Source: Bacillus subtilis subsp. subtilis str. 168
Lineage (GTDB): Bacteria > Bacillota > Bacilli > Bacillales > Bacillaceae
Length of the DNA stretch: 32,000 nucleotides
Reading direction: 5' to 3'
Assembly: GCF_000009045.1 (NCBI RefSeq)
Contig: NC_000964.3
Coordinates: 2,130,001 to 2,162,000, forward strand
The notes beneath the pieces were generated by a model. It was not told the origin of the DNA. It did not search any database and worked only from the letters and a program-made list of their open reading frames with translations. Positions 21,626 through 31,197 of this stretch are shown one piece after another. A program made the translations under genes and the position numbers. How positions within the stretch are numbered: the stretch's first letter is position 1; every line of letters starts with the position of its first letter.

Positions 21626-22051
21626 ATGCCTAAACAGCAAACAGCAGAACTAAAACCATTTTTCCATAACAAAACAGTTTTAGTCACTGGCGGAACGGGT
21701 TCAATCGGGAGTCAAATTGTCAAACGCCTTTTGATGCTTACACCTAAACAGGTGATTGTATTCAGCAAAGACGACAGTAAACAGTATGTCATGAGCCAAA
21801 AGTATGCGGAGGATAAGCGGCTATTATTTGTACTTGGAGATGTACGCGATCACAGAAGGGTGAATCAGGTGATGAAAGGCGTCGATATCGTCTTTCACGC
21901 GGCTGCGCTGAAACAGGTTCCGACATGTGAGGACCATCCATTTGAAGCGATCCAGACCAATCTCATCGGCGGACAAAATGTGGTGGAAGCTGCCCTTTCA
22001 CACCGAGTGCAGCATGTCATTAATATCAGTACAGATAAAGCTGTATATTAA
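21626..22051 (+). pseudogene. yodU: 5' fragment of spore polysaccharide gene spsM (NAD-dependent epimerase/dehydratase), interrupted by the prophage
   Basis: TVLVTGGTGSIGSQIVKRLL Rossmann motif; reading frame stops 2 codons after the att core. Confidence 0.9.
22031..22046. mobile_element. SPbeta attL core
   Basis: ACAGATAAAGCTGTAT, the recalled 16-bp SPbeta att overlap, exactly where spsM coding ends. Confidence 0.92.
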
Positions 22052-22085
22052 GATACTTACTACATATCTAACGAAAAAAAGAAGC

Positions 22086-22852
<767 letters not shown>

Positions 22853-22926
22853 TCAATCACTCTCCTAATCTATATTGAAGGTAAATTATGTATGTGCTAA
22901 AATCGTTGCTGAAAGAGGTGTGCATA

Positions 22927-23169
22927 GTGAAAAAACAATGGAAACCAGTTGATTCAAGACTCAATGAGCTCATGCATGAATATAGCGTTTCAATTGAAGA
23001 TCTTGTTGAATGTACTGGATTATCAAAACAACGTATTAATGATTATGTAGGTGGTTTTAAATCAAATATGAATATTGGAACAGCAATGACATTTGCTGAT
23101 GCCATAGGTTGCTCTATAGAAGAGCTTTATGTATGGAACTTTAAAGAGCGCAGACAATTAACCAAATAA
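22927..23169 (+). CDS. yotL: HTH Xre-like transcriptional regulator
   Basis: 80 aa from GTG 22927 (SD aaagagg): SIEDLVECTGLSKQRINDYVGG...FADAIGCSIEELY. Confidence 0.8.
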   Translation: MKKQWKPVDSRLNELMHEYSVSIEDLVECTGLSKQRINDYVGGFKSNMNIGTAMTFADAIGCSIEELYVWNFKERRQLTK

Positions 23170-23170
23170 C

Positions 23171-23356
23171 TTATAATATGGTTCCCTTTTTGACCCACCT
23201 TATTTCCTGCATTAATTCCTCATTATTGTCAGCCAAGTTAATTAAGTTACGATGTGCTCTTTGCAAATCTTTTTCTTCAATGGCCTCCTTCACTGTCTTC
23301 ATTTGTCTATCCATCTTGTTTAACAGTGTTTGAATTGAATGATAAGCCTCGTTAAT
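23171..23356 (-). CDS. Small hydrophilic phage protein with apparent ATT start
   Basis: 61 codons INEAYHSIQTLLNKMDRQMKTVKEAIEEKDLQRAHRNLINLADNNEELMQEIRWVKKGTIL; SD gggaaagagg 8 nt upstream; not in the ORF track. Confidence 0.6.
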   Translation of the reverse strand: MNEAYHSIQTLLNKMDRQMKTVKEAIEEKDLQRAHRNLINLADNNEELMQEIRWVKKGTIL

Positions 23357-23439
23357 TTTTCTCGCCTCTTTCCCATATGTGCAATATTTAGTTCATTACT
23401 TTTTGCATATTAAACTGTTGTTTGCAATACCCTACTCTT

Positions 23440-23652
23440 TTAAAAAGAGAAACTAGAGACTTTTTTATTCTTTTTAAGCTGCATTATTAAGCATTTATAT
23501 TCGTTGTAATCCTCTTCACTATCAAATGCGAACATTGGATATTGTGAATACTCTTTTTGAAAATACTCAATTCGCCCCCCTACCTGGTGTAGTATTGAAT
23601 ACTTTGACATATCCTCTTCATATGGAATTGTAATAACATTTCGATTACACAT
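23440..23652 (-). CDS. SPbeta hypothetical protein
   Basis: 70-aa ORF with SD gtggagg. Confidence 0.65.
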   Translation of the reverse strand: MCNRNVITIPYEEDMSKYSILHQVGGRIEYFQKEYSQYPMFAFDSEEDYNEYKCLIMQLKKNKKVSSFSF

Positions 23653-23717
23653 AATACCTCCACTAATTTTATTTTTATTCTAAATAAAAGACCGATTTTA
23701 TCCTGTTCCTATTTACA

Positions 23718-24080
23718 TTAATCTAGATAAACAACTTCTTTTACAATTGGAAATGGACTACTGATTCTCTCACTTAAATGCAAAACTATTTCAGTTACGT
23801 CTTTTGATGTTGCCACGTGGACTGCCTTTGTAATTTTAAAATTGAATTCATTTTCAATTAAGAGACGTTTACCTTCGGAAAATATATCTATTGAACTAAC
23901 CGCAAAATCACACTTTCCATTTATTCGATACGGATTAAAGCATTTCACAAAATAACATTTATTTAATTCCTTACTGTCTGATAAAACAATGTCAAATTCC
24001 ACATCCCAAACAAACGTGTTAATCTTAGAATGATAAACTAAATCATGGGTAGCTCCTGTATCTTTAAAAATTTCAATCAT
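23718..24080 (-). CDS. SPbeta hypothetical protein
   Basis: 120 aa from ATG 24080 (SD ggggagg): [19 protein letters not shown]...; overlaps upstream gene by 4 nt. Confidence 0.75.
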
Positions 24081-24250
24081 TGAAATAATCCTCCCCAAAT
24101 CACTCCTGCTGCAATAGCAGCTATAAAGACAGAAACAAATTTCATTAAAATGAAAAACTTAATATGCTTTGTTTCGTTCTCAGTTAAGTCAAAATCTGAT
24201 AAAGCGAATAAACCAAACACAATTAACAATATCCAGGCTGTAACAATCAG
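24077..24250 (-). CDS. Small two-TM phage protein, possible CTG start
   Basis: GGAGG at 24263-24259, 8-nt spacer, CTG at 24250; [57 protein letters not shown]. Confidence 0.65.
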
Positions 24251-24265
24251 GTATCTTTCCTCCAA

Positions 24266-24568
24266 TCATGTTTTATTGTGGCAGATATTAATATATTCCT
24301 TCAGGCTATTAACTGTTGAAATAATACACCCTCGAACCTCTTCAGGATCTTCAAAATCCATTTCATTTTGCAGAACAAATTCATCAAACTCAATCATGGC
24401 AAGAAAGCGATCGTCATTGGGTAGCTTATTAAAATCAATATTCTTTAATCTTGGAATACCTTTTTCCTTTATCCATTCAAGGAAGGGATAATCAACATCA
24501 TTCTTTGCTACTGCGATTTTTAAAAACTCATGAATATCAGAAGAGTTTTCAATATTGAAATAAATCAT
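24266..24568 (-). CDS. SPbeta hypothetical protein
   Basis: 100 aa from ATG 24568 (SD aagga). Confidence 0.7.
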   Translation of the reverse strand: MIYFNIENSSDIHEFLKIAVAKNDVDYPFLEWIKEKGIPRLKNIDFNKLPNDDRFLAMIEFDEFVLQNEMDFEDPEEVRGCIISTVNSLKEYINICHNKT

Positions 24569-24595
24569 GAGACTTTCCTTCATAAGATCAAATAA

Positions 24596-24673
24596 TCACA
24601 ATAAAGTTTTATCAATGTTATTGTCTGATTTAATTTCAAAGTCTATATTAAACCAGGACATTACGTTCTCCAT
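24596..24673 (-). CDS. 25-aa micro-ORF
   Basis: SD ggaggg then ATG: MENVMSWFNIDFEIKSDNNIDKTLL; in phase with the compact early operon. Confidence 0.5.
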   Translation of the reverse strand: MENVMSWFNIDFEIKSDNNIDKTLL

Positions 24674-24704
24674 TCAATCCCTCCTTGTACATCTAAACTA
24701 TTAC

Positions 24705-24851
24705 TCACTTGACTAACCCCCTTAAGCGTTCGACTTCTGCAACTAACCATTCTGCATAACTGATATGAATTTTTATCACCTTGGTTGATCTAAGTCGCCG
24801 AGACATTACTTCAACAAATTTTTTAACTTCTTCAAATTCAATCTCTTTCAT
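24705..24851 (-). CDS. Small SPbeta hypothetical protein
   Basis: 48 aa MKEIEFEEVKKFVEVMSRRLRSTKVIKIHISYAEWLVAEVERLRGLVK; start choice tentative. Confidence 0.6.
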   Translation of the reverse strand: MKEIEFEEVKKFVEVMSRRLRSTKVIKIHISYAEWLVAEVERLRGLVK

Positions 24852-24886
24852 TGAGTTTATCCCACTAAATGAAATCAACGTCTTAA

Positions 24887-25018
24887 TCAATCAAGTATCT
24901 TATTTTTTGGCTTTATATCGATTTCATCACAAGAAGGACATGAAAAATCTGAATTGTCACCTATCCAACTAAAATTGCATTCATTACAAGTCCAATCAAT
25001 TTGTTCTCTACTGTCCAT
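24887..25018 (-). CDS. 43-aa zinc-ribbon-like protein
   Basis: SD gaggtg; MDSREQIDWTCNECNFSWIGDNSDFSCPSCDEIDIKPKNKILD, CxxC-X15-CxxC; not in the ORF track. Confidence 0.7.
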   Translation of the reverse strand: MDSREQIDWTCNECNFSWIGDNSDFSCPSCDEIDIKPKNKILD

Positions 25019-25057
25019 TATAGCTACACCTCTTTCTTAATAAATTCAACATTTTAT

Positions 25058-25249
25058 CTACTTCCAATTGTAGTTCTCCTTTTCTTTCTCTGAATCACCT
25101 ATATGCGAAAGAATCCAATTATGATAACCCTCTTCTCCACAATTAGGGCAATCCATTTCAGATATAACCTTTAATGTGTTTATCATAGGATTTTTAGCAA
25201 ACAAGTGATGATTGCATTTTCTACAAAAAAACACAACTTCATTTTCCAT
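25058..25249 (-). CDS. 63-aa zinc-ribbon-like protein
   Basis: SD ggggaga; CRKCNHHLF...CPNCGEEG. Confidence 0.75.
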   Translation of the reverse strand: MENEVVFFCRKCNHHLFAKNPMINTLKVISEMDCPNCGEEGYHNWILSHIGDSEKEKENYNWK

Positions 25250-25292
25250 GTCTCCCCTTCCCTTCTGTATAAAATTAGAATTTTAATTAAAT

Positions 25293-26120
25293 CTAAATCT
25301 CGAATGTTTTAAGCTCAAACGTTTTATATGAATCTACTTCTTCACCAGGTATCACATTGACACTCGGATAATTATCATAGTCATACGGGTATCCGATACA
25401 ATTCATGTGAAAGCTCGTTCCATCTTTGTCAAACTCAGCTTGTAAATGATCATGTCCACAAACCCAGTGTTTTGCGTTAATGAACGGGACATCAACCATG
25501 TAGCATGTATTAGGCTCAAATGGAGAATAAGGATTGTGAACAGGTGGAACATGTGAGACAAATACATCAACTTGTGTATTTTCAAGCGTTTCATACCAAT
25601 CCATTGATTCTTTCCACATCGCTCTTACACCATCTACTTTGTTATAACCATTAAGCCAAATGTAATTAGAATCGTTAGATACTCCTTTAAAGAAGTCCCA
25701 TCCTTCGATTCCTTTTGGAAGGTACCACATTACATCTCCTGCAAAGACTTTTCCTTTGTATGTTTCAGTTGTCTTAATTAATGGTGTTACATTTTTCATG
25801 TCAGCAGCTTTTTGAATTAGATCATTCAACCTGCCTAACGAGTCTGAGTATTTCCTTTTTTGGCTCTTGCTAAGTAAATAAAGATCATGATTACCATATG
25901 TAAAGTAAACCTTCTCGTATTGCTTTGCTGCCTCATCTAAAACCCATAAAGTTTGTTGATTCCATTCAGTAAAATCGCCGGCAATGACCAATACCTCCCC
26001 ATTACCGTTTGAGATTAACCTATTTACAATTTCTCTTGTTCGCTTCTCCCACTTAATCTGATTTACATTCCAAGGAATCCAATGATTTATATGGAGATCT
26101 GAAACATAATCAATTTTCAT
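25293..26120 (-). CDS. yotB: Calcineurin-like metallophosphoesterase
   Basis: DLHINHW, GDFTEW, YGNHD, HVPPVHN, CGHDHL motifs; ATG 26120 with SD aaggtgg. Confidence 0.9.
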
Positions 26121-26183
26121 TTTGTCTCCACCTTTCTTAATGAAAAATTTATTTCTTTGGCGTGTATAAATTAAAATAATCTC

Positions 26184-26190
26184 TCCATAA
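26184..26190 (+). promoter_or_regulatory. Candidate sigma-G -10 for sspC
   Basis: CATAATA fits the CATNMTA consensus; the -35 is weak. Confidence 0.4.
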
Positions 26191-26238
26191 TATGATTCAA
26201 ACAAGCTTGTTTTCATTACACTTTAGGAGATGAATAAG

Positions 26239-26457
26239 ATGGCTCAACAAAGTAGATCAAGATCAAACAACAATAATGATTTACTAATTCCTCAAGCAGC
26301 TTCAGCTATTGAACAAATGAAACTTGAAATAGCTTCTGAGTTTGGTGTTCAATTAGGCGCTGAGACTACATCTCGTGCAAACGGTTCAGTTGGTGGAGAA
26401 ATCACTAAACGTTTAGTTCGCTTAGCTCAACAAAACATGGGCGGTCAATTTCATTAA
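26239..26457 (+). CDS. sspC: Alpha/beta-type small acid-soluble spore protein
   Basis: 72 aa [72 protein letters not shown]. Confidence 0.98.
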   Translation: MAQQSRSRSNNNNDLLIPQAASAIEQMKLEIASEFGVQLGAETTSRANGSVGGEITKRLVRLAQQNMGGQFH

Positions 26458-26462
26458 TTTAT

Positions 26463-26489
26463 GAGGGGGATAATTCCCCTCTCTTTTTT
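26463..26489 (+). terminator. sspC terminator
   Basis: GAGGGG GATAATT CCCCTC followed by TCTTTTTTT. Confidence 0.85.
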
Positions 26490-26647
26490 AAGTCTTCTCT
26501 AAATCCATACAGAACTAATGGTATTGTTTCCACCTCTTTTTATGTCACTAACTACTATTATTAAGCTCCTCGACTTGCACTGTGTAATGTCTGTACCATT
26601 TTATTGCCTCCTTTGATTAGCCACTCTATAAATTGCGTTCTCTTCAT

Positions 26648-26713
26648 TTAGAATATATCCAGCGCTCCGTCACAATAAGAACATTTGCCACTACCCTCTT
26701 CACATGTACACAT
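26648..26713 (-). CDS. 21-aa Cys-rich micro-ORF
   Basis: SD ggaggtga, 7 nt, ATG: MCTCEEGSGKCSYCDGALDIF. Confidence 0.5.
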   Translation of the reverse strand: MCTCEEGSGKCSYCDGALDIF

Positions 26714-26756
26714 ATATTTGTCACCTCCAATTTCGCTACCGTCAACTGACAACTCC

Positions 26757-27110
26757 TCAGATATCATTTAATTGTTGTTTCAGCTCAAAGAATTCATCAT
26801 GAAGAAATTTAAATTTATCCTTATTTACGTATGCTTTGTCATCATTAAGATCAAAGAGATCTAAGTACTTTCTTTTATTTCTTTTAATAATTCGTAAAGC
26901 AATAGTGGCACTTACCCACTCTTCACCTTCCAATTGGGTTAAGACTTCACTTAGCTCGAATAACAATTCAAGCTTAGCTTTGTTTTGCTGTGTTTCGAGT
27001 TTTAACAGATCCCTTTGTTTTTCAAGTAAAGTTGTTTCAATTTGGTATTTCTTTTTCTCTAAGGCTGTTATCTGTTCGTTGGTGTTATGTATTTTGTCTC
27101 CTACTTCCAA
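26757..27110 (-). CDS. Coiled-coil SPbeta protein (probable yosZ)
   Basis: 117 aa, heptad-rich N-terminus, SD aaggaggtg. Confidence 0.75.
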
Positions 27111-27340
27111 TGAATCACCTCCTTAAAGTTTGAATAAAATATTAGTTTTAAAAAATGTATATTTTTTGTTTTTGTATATTAGATAAAAAAACTGTCATTT
27201 CATCATCTTCTATTATTATATTATACATATTATTTGTATTTGTCTATAGTTATTTTATTTTCATTCTTAAATCCATTTACTTAGCCCTGACAAATGCTAA
27301 AAGGGCTTGAGCCGTATAATGAGTGCAGCTAAACACAATT

Positions 27341-27754
27341 TCACATTATATGAAAAATAATACTCAAAGCAAAGATAAGGTTCCCAAAGACATAAGCCAA
27401 ATAAATATACCTACTATGGCTCACTGTTTCGCCCTCCAACACGTCTAAAACCTTAAACATGCTTAGGACTGTGTATATAACTGAAAATGCTGTCCAACAG
27501 AGTATAAGGATATTTTCATGCATAATTAAACCGTTATATGCCAAGGGGATGATTAAAGAACTCCCCTTAAGCAAAGTAAACAGGTAAATTAAATTCTTAT
27601 TTCGTTTCGCATCTTCTGGAGTTGAATTATCAAGCACACTCTTTACTTTTATATACGTATTGCTTTCCCCTCGCATAATCAACCTGACCTCATTAATGTT
27701 TAATACAATTAGATAAGCTGATAGAAATAAAGTTACATATGTTATAGTAAACAT
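27341..27754 (-). CDS. Four-TM membrane protein (probable yosX)
   Basis: 137-aa ORF with repeated hydrophobic segments. Confidence 0.7.
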
Positions 27755-27828
27755 CTCCTAATTTTATATTTGTGTTGGGTTGGCTTTTACTCACCCTCAA
27801 ACTCTATACCGTTAATATTTGCTTTTAT

Positions 27829-28119
27829 TCAAATAGCTCCCCCTTTAAAATCATTCACTTGATCAGCAATGTTTTCTTTAATTGTATGTGGCAACTGATC
27901 AATCCCTTTTATAATCCGTTTCTGACCAGTTTTCCTAATTTTTGTAGTCATCTCTTTAAAACACTCTAAAGCAGTATCTGAGATTTCATCATATAGCCCC
28001 TGAATTTTCACTAATACACTTAAATATTCTTCGTCACCTTCTTCAAATAGCGACAACCCTTCTTCAAGTTTGTTGATCTTTTCAACACTCTTTATTATTT
28101 TATTTTTATCCTTAAACAA
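27829..28119 (-). CDS. SPbeta hypothetical protein (probable yosW)
   Basis: 96 aa from TTG with SD ggtgggggat. Confidence 0.7.
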   Translation of the reverse strand: MFKDKNKIIKSVEKINKLEEGLSLFEEGDEEYLSVLVKIQGLYDEISDTALECFKEMTTKIRKTGQKRIIKGIDQLPHTIKENIADQVNDFKGGAI

Positions 28120-28329
28120 TTAATCCCCCACCCAGTTTTGGTCATGCATCTTCATGAAGTTAGCTGCTGCCTTCTTGTATCTCAGGTCTTTCTCGTACTC
28201 AGCAACTTGTCTCATATGTTCAATAAATTCATCTTCAAGTCCTTGTAACTGAAGAAACCCAAAGCAAAGACCGTTCCTATAAAGCATGTCGTCATATTTC
28301 GCTTGTAAATCTCTTTCTTTGCTGTTAAT
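28120..28329 (-). CDS. Small SPbeta protein with apparent ATT start (probable yosV)
   Basis: 69 codons INSKERDLQAKYDDMLYRNGLCFGFLQLQGLEDEFIEHMRQVAEYEKDLRYKKAAANFMKMHDQNWVGD; SD aaggagg 8 nt upstream; not in the ORF track. Confidence 0.65.
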   Translation of the reverse strand: MNSKERDLQAKYDDMLYRNGLCFGFLQLQGLEDEFIEHMRQVAEYEKDLRYKKAAANFMKMHDQNWVGD

Positions 28330-28438
28330 AATCTCTTCCTCCTTAAATATTAGATAAAAGTATTCTTTTATTCGGAAATATTTCCAACAAAAATCTTTTA
28401 TGGTAAATTAAAAACAATGTATTTAAAGGAGTGTTAAT

Positions 28439-28684
28439 TTGCGAAAAATATTAAAAATCGTTAGCTTACTGATTCTATTGTTATTATTGGTTTATTCTTT
28501 CTTCAGTCCTAATTCACAATTATTTGTGTTCGTTCAGCTAATCATAATTGCATTTTTGATTGGTTTTGGAATTAACTGTTTTGTTAAAAAAGAACGATAC
28601 CAAGGTACTCTATACTTCGTAATTGCAATATGCAACATTACCATTAATCTTGATAAAATAAACGAGTTAATTCAGAGCATTTAA
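28439..28684 (+). CDS. Small three-TM protein (probable yosU)
   Basis: 81 aa, TTG start with SD aaggagtg. Confidence 0.7.
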   Translation: MRKILKIVSLLILLLLLVYSFFSPNSQLFVFVQLIIIAFLIGFGINCFVKKERYQGTLYFVIAICNITINLDKINELIQSI

Positions 28685-28697
28685 CTTATACATATAT

Positions 28698-28723
28698 AGG
28701 AGGTGGGAAATTACCCACCTTCT
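28698..28723. terminator. Terminator between convergent small TM gene and yosT
   Basis: AGGAGGTGGG AAATTA CCCACCTTCT. Confidence 0.7.
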
Positions 28724-29173
28724 TTATTGGATAGGAACTAATACTTCACATAAGTGATTATCAATCATTTGTGAAGTATATCTCTCTATAATTGGTTCTC
28801 CTCTCATAGTTAGACTATTTTTTTCTATTTCAGAGAAAATATTGCCCCAAAATTCACTTACTGCCTCTTTTGTATGGTCAAGCAAGAAAACAGCGTATTT
28901 CCCTCCAGGTAACTTACCAACTTGAGCTGGTTGCAGCACATTAAAATCTTCATTTAATACAACACCAACATCATAACGGCATTCCTCTTTAGGAGTAATA
29001 CTTGGATCATCTTGTGGAATTCCTAAAATTACAGAGTTATGAAATACACCATTCAACTGTGCCCACTTTTTAAAAGATTCCATTAGTTCTTTGTTTTGCT
29101 TACCACCATACTCTCCAACGTTTCGGAAATAAGCAATCCTTAATTCAGGTAATTCTTCAATAGTTATTTTCAT
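28724..29173 (-). CDS. yosT: GyrI-like/AraC effector-binding domain protein
   Basis: 149 aa: KITIEELPELRIAYFRNVGEYG.... FGIPQDDPSITPKEECRYDVGV-type fold. Confidence 0.85.
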   Translation of the reverse strand: MKITIEELPELRIAYFRNVGEYGGKQNKELMESFKKWAQLNGVFHNSVILGIPQDDPSITPKEECRYDVGVVLNEDFNVLQPAQVGKLPGGKYAVFLLDHTKEAVSEFWGNIFSEIEKNSLTMRGEPIIERYTSQMIDNHLCEVLVPIQ

Positions 29174-29267
29174 ATTTTAATCCCCTTTCCTAGAAAAAGG
29201 TAATATGATTAAAAATGTTTTTCAAGATGACTTTTAAAATAATCTATATTTCAAATACAAAATCCAA

Positions 29268-29696
29268 TTACTTCGTTCCAGTTGATCCGTGCCCACCTCG
29301 GTCACCGTTGCCTAGACGGTCTACCTCGATCAAGTCAACTGCCGGCATCTTCTTCATAATTCTGAACTGGCAGATTCGATCCCCTTTCTTAATCTTTGTG
29401 TCACGTAACGCATAAGCAGGAAAGAACCAAAAATCGTTGTCACCCTTATAAGACTCATCGATAACACCCATTGAGTTTGTTTGAATCACACCAAAGTTCT
29501 TATACGTACTCGAACGAGGAACGACATGTGCTTCGTAACCTTCAGGCAATTCCATGGCCACTCCCAATGGAACAAGTTTAAATTCATCTTTTTTGATCGC
29601 TACATCTTCAGCTGCACGAAGATCAATCCAATCACCTTGCTCCATTTTGTTAATTCTTGTTTGTGTTTCATCTAAGTATTTGATTTTAATTTGCAT
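29268..29696 (-). CDS. yosS: Phage dUTPase
   Basis: [41 protein letters not shown]-terminal motif. Confidence 0.95.
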   Translation of the reverse strand: MQIKIKYLDETQTRINKMEQGDWIDLRAAEDVAIKKDEFKLVPLGVAMELPEGYEAHVVPRSSTYKNFGVIQTNSMGVIDESYKGDNDFWFFPAYALRDTKIKKGDRICQFRIMKKMPAVDLIEVDRLGNGDRGGHGSTGTK

Positions 29697-29741
29697 TATG
29701 TATTAGCTCCTTTTAATTCAAGTTTGTTTAAAATTACCCTT

Positions 29742-29984
29742 TTATCGTAATTCCTTTAGTAACTCATCAAGTTCATTAGGCTTAAAACCAACACTTCGGT
29801 TTACTTCTTCTCCCTGATCACTCAGCAGAATGGTTACCGGTACTCCCATGACACCAAATCTTGCTGCTACTTCTGGTTCCTGTGTAACGTCAACAGTCTC
29901 AAATTGAATATTTACTTGTTCTAAGTAATTGGACACCATTTTACATGGATTGCAATTAGGCTGCTCTAATTTAATTAATCTCAT
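29742..29984 (-). CDS. yosR: Thioredoxin/glutaredoxin-like protein
   Basis: CNPC active-site motif; ATG 29984 overlaps the nrdF stop as ATGA. Confidence 0.88.
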
Positions 29985-30389
29985 TGAATACATCCTTTCT
30001 CGGTAAAAATGAAATCTGAATCCTTTAAAGGCTCCACTGTTGCTTTTTTGTATCCATTCCCTTTAGTTGAAAAGAAGTCATGGGATTTAGTCTTAGTGTT
30101 CAAACCATTGATAACAATTGGATTAACATCCTCTTCTTCAAACCAATGATCAAAGCCCAGATTGTTTAAAGCTTTATTTGCGTTGTATCTGATGAATTTC
30201 TTTACATCTGGAGCTAATCCAACCTGATCATAGACATCTTCTGTATACTCCAATTCATTTTCGTAAAGTTCCTGCAGTAAGTTTAAAGCCCATGCGTACA
30301 GTTCTTTTTGCTTCTGTGGCGTTTGCTTCTTATAAATCTCTTGAGCTAACAATCCTACATATACGCCATGTATCGCTTCGTCTCTAATA
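29981..30389 (-). CDS. yosP: Phage ribonucleotide reductase beta subunit, exon 2
   Basis: ...[22 protein letters not shown]...[38 protein letters not shown], NrdF C-terminus. Confidence 0.93.
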
Positions 30390-31197
30390 CCCTTAGTTCA
30401 ACCGAGTTCGCTACTTTCGGTTCGTTGCTCTGTCGCAACCGCCTTACGTTACCGTAAGGAGCAGACTATATCATCATCCCTGTAGGATGCCTCCCGTTTC
30501 GATTTAAGGGGTTCTCACCCACGCCAATAGCTTGCGCCCTACTCGTTTTGCGGAATTTCGCCGCCTATGCGATAGTCGTTGAACGTTCTATGCGATCCCA
30601 TAAAGTCTTCCATCTTCTTTTATGTCGAATTAGACTAACGTAACGAGGATGAAGGCTGTATTTTTCACCAGCTTCAACATTGTTCATTCCAGCAATCAAA
30701 TCATAGATTAAATTTGTTGCCTCCATATTAGTGAGCTTTGACATTGAATTACTTTCTCCAGGTTGTCCTGACATTAATCCAATTTTCATTGCATGTAGAG
30801 TATTTTCTTTAGGTGTAACTATTTCTAAGTTCCGAACGTGGTTGTTTAGTTTATTTCCATCTATGTGGTTTACAAACATTCCTTTTGGTATATCATAAAT
30901 AAAATATTTTGCGACTAACCTATGTACTAAATAGTTCTGTGTTCCTTTTTTCGGATGCGTGTATCCTATCATTTCATAGCCATGTGGAGTAATAAATGTC
31001 TTTCTTGGTTTCTTTAATTTTTTTGATATGATAACTCCCGTTTCCGTTATCCACCAAGGTGCTTCTTCGACTTCTTTCCTTATCATTTTCACCTCCTTTG
31101 GGTTCGCATAGCTTCGCTGCTGATTGTCCTAATAAGGATTTTCCAGCAATTAGAGAGGTTCACATTTGCCGTTGCCGACAAAAGGGACTATTAAATA
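30390..31197 (-). ncRNA. Self-splicing group I intron in phage nrdF
   Basis: 808 bp; splitting ...CTGAT|...|TATTAGAGAC restores LIIRDEA; intron ends in G; short P1 with U-G, P7-like GATATAGTC, GNRA-capped hairpin CCTTACG GTAA CGTAAGG. Confidence 0.93.
30565..31086 (-). CDS. yosQ: Intron-encoded HNH homing endonuclease (I-HmuI/I-BasI-like)
   Basis: [22 protein letters not shown] motif and NUMOD-like N-terminus; likely ATG at 31086 (track GTG at 31092 lies in the SD). Confidence 0.93.

Noticed and set aside
26520-26620. 12-aa ORF MVQTLHSASRGA behind aaaggagg
   Set aside because: It has a good SD but is too short and featureless to call a gene without translation or conservation data.
30481-30600. 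Possible frameshift or pseudogene in phage nrdF, because the two NrdF parts are separate ORFs
   Set aside because: The parts are separated by a group I intron with a reconstructable in-frame splice, not by a decayed segment.
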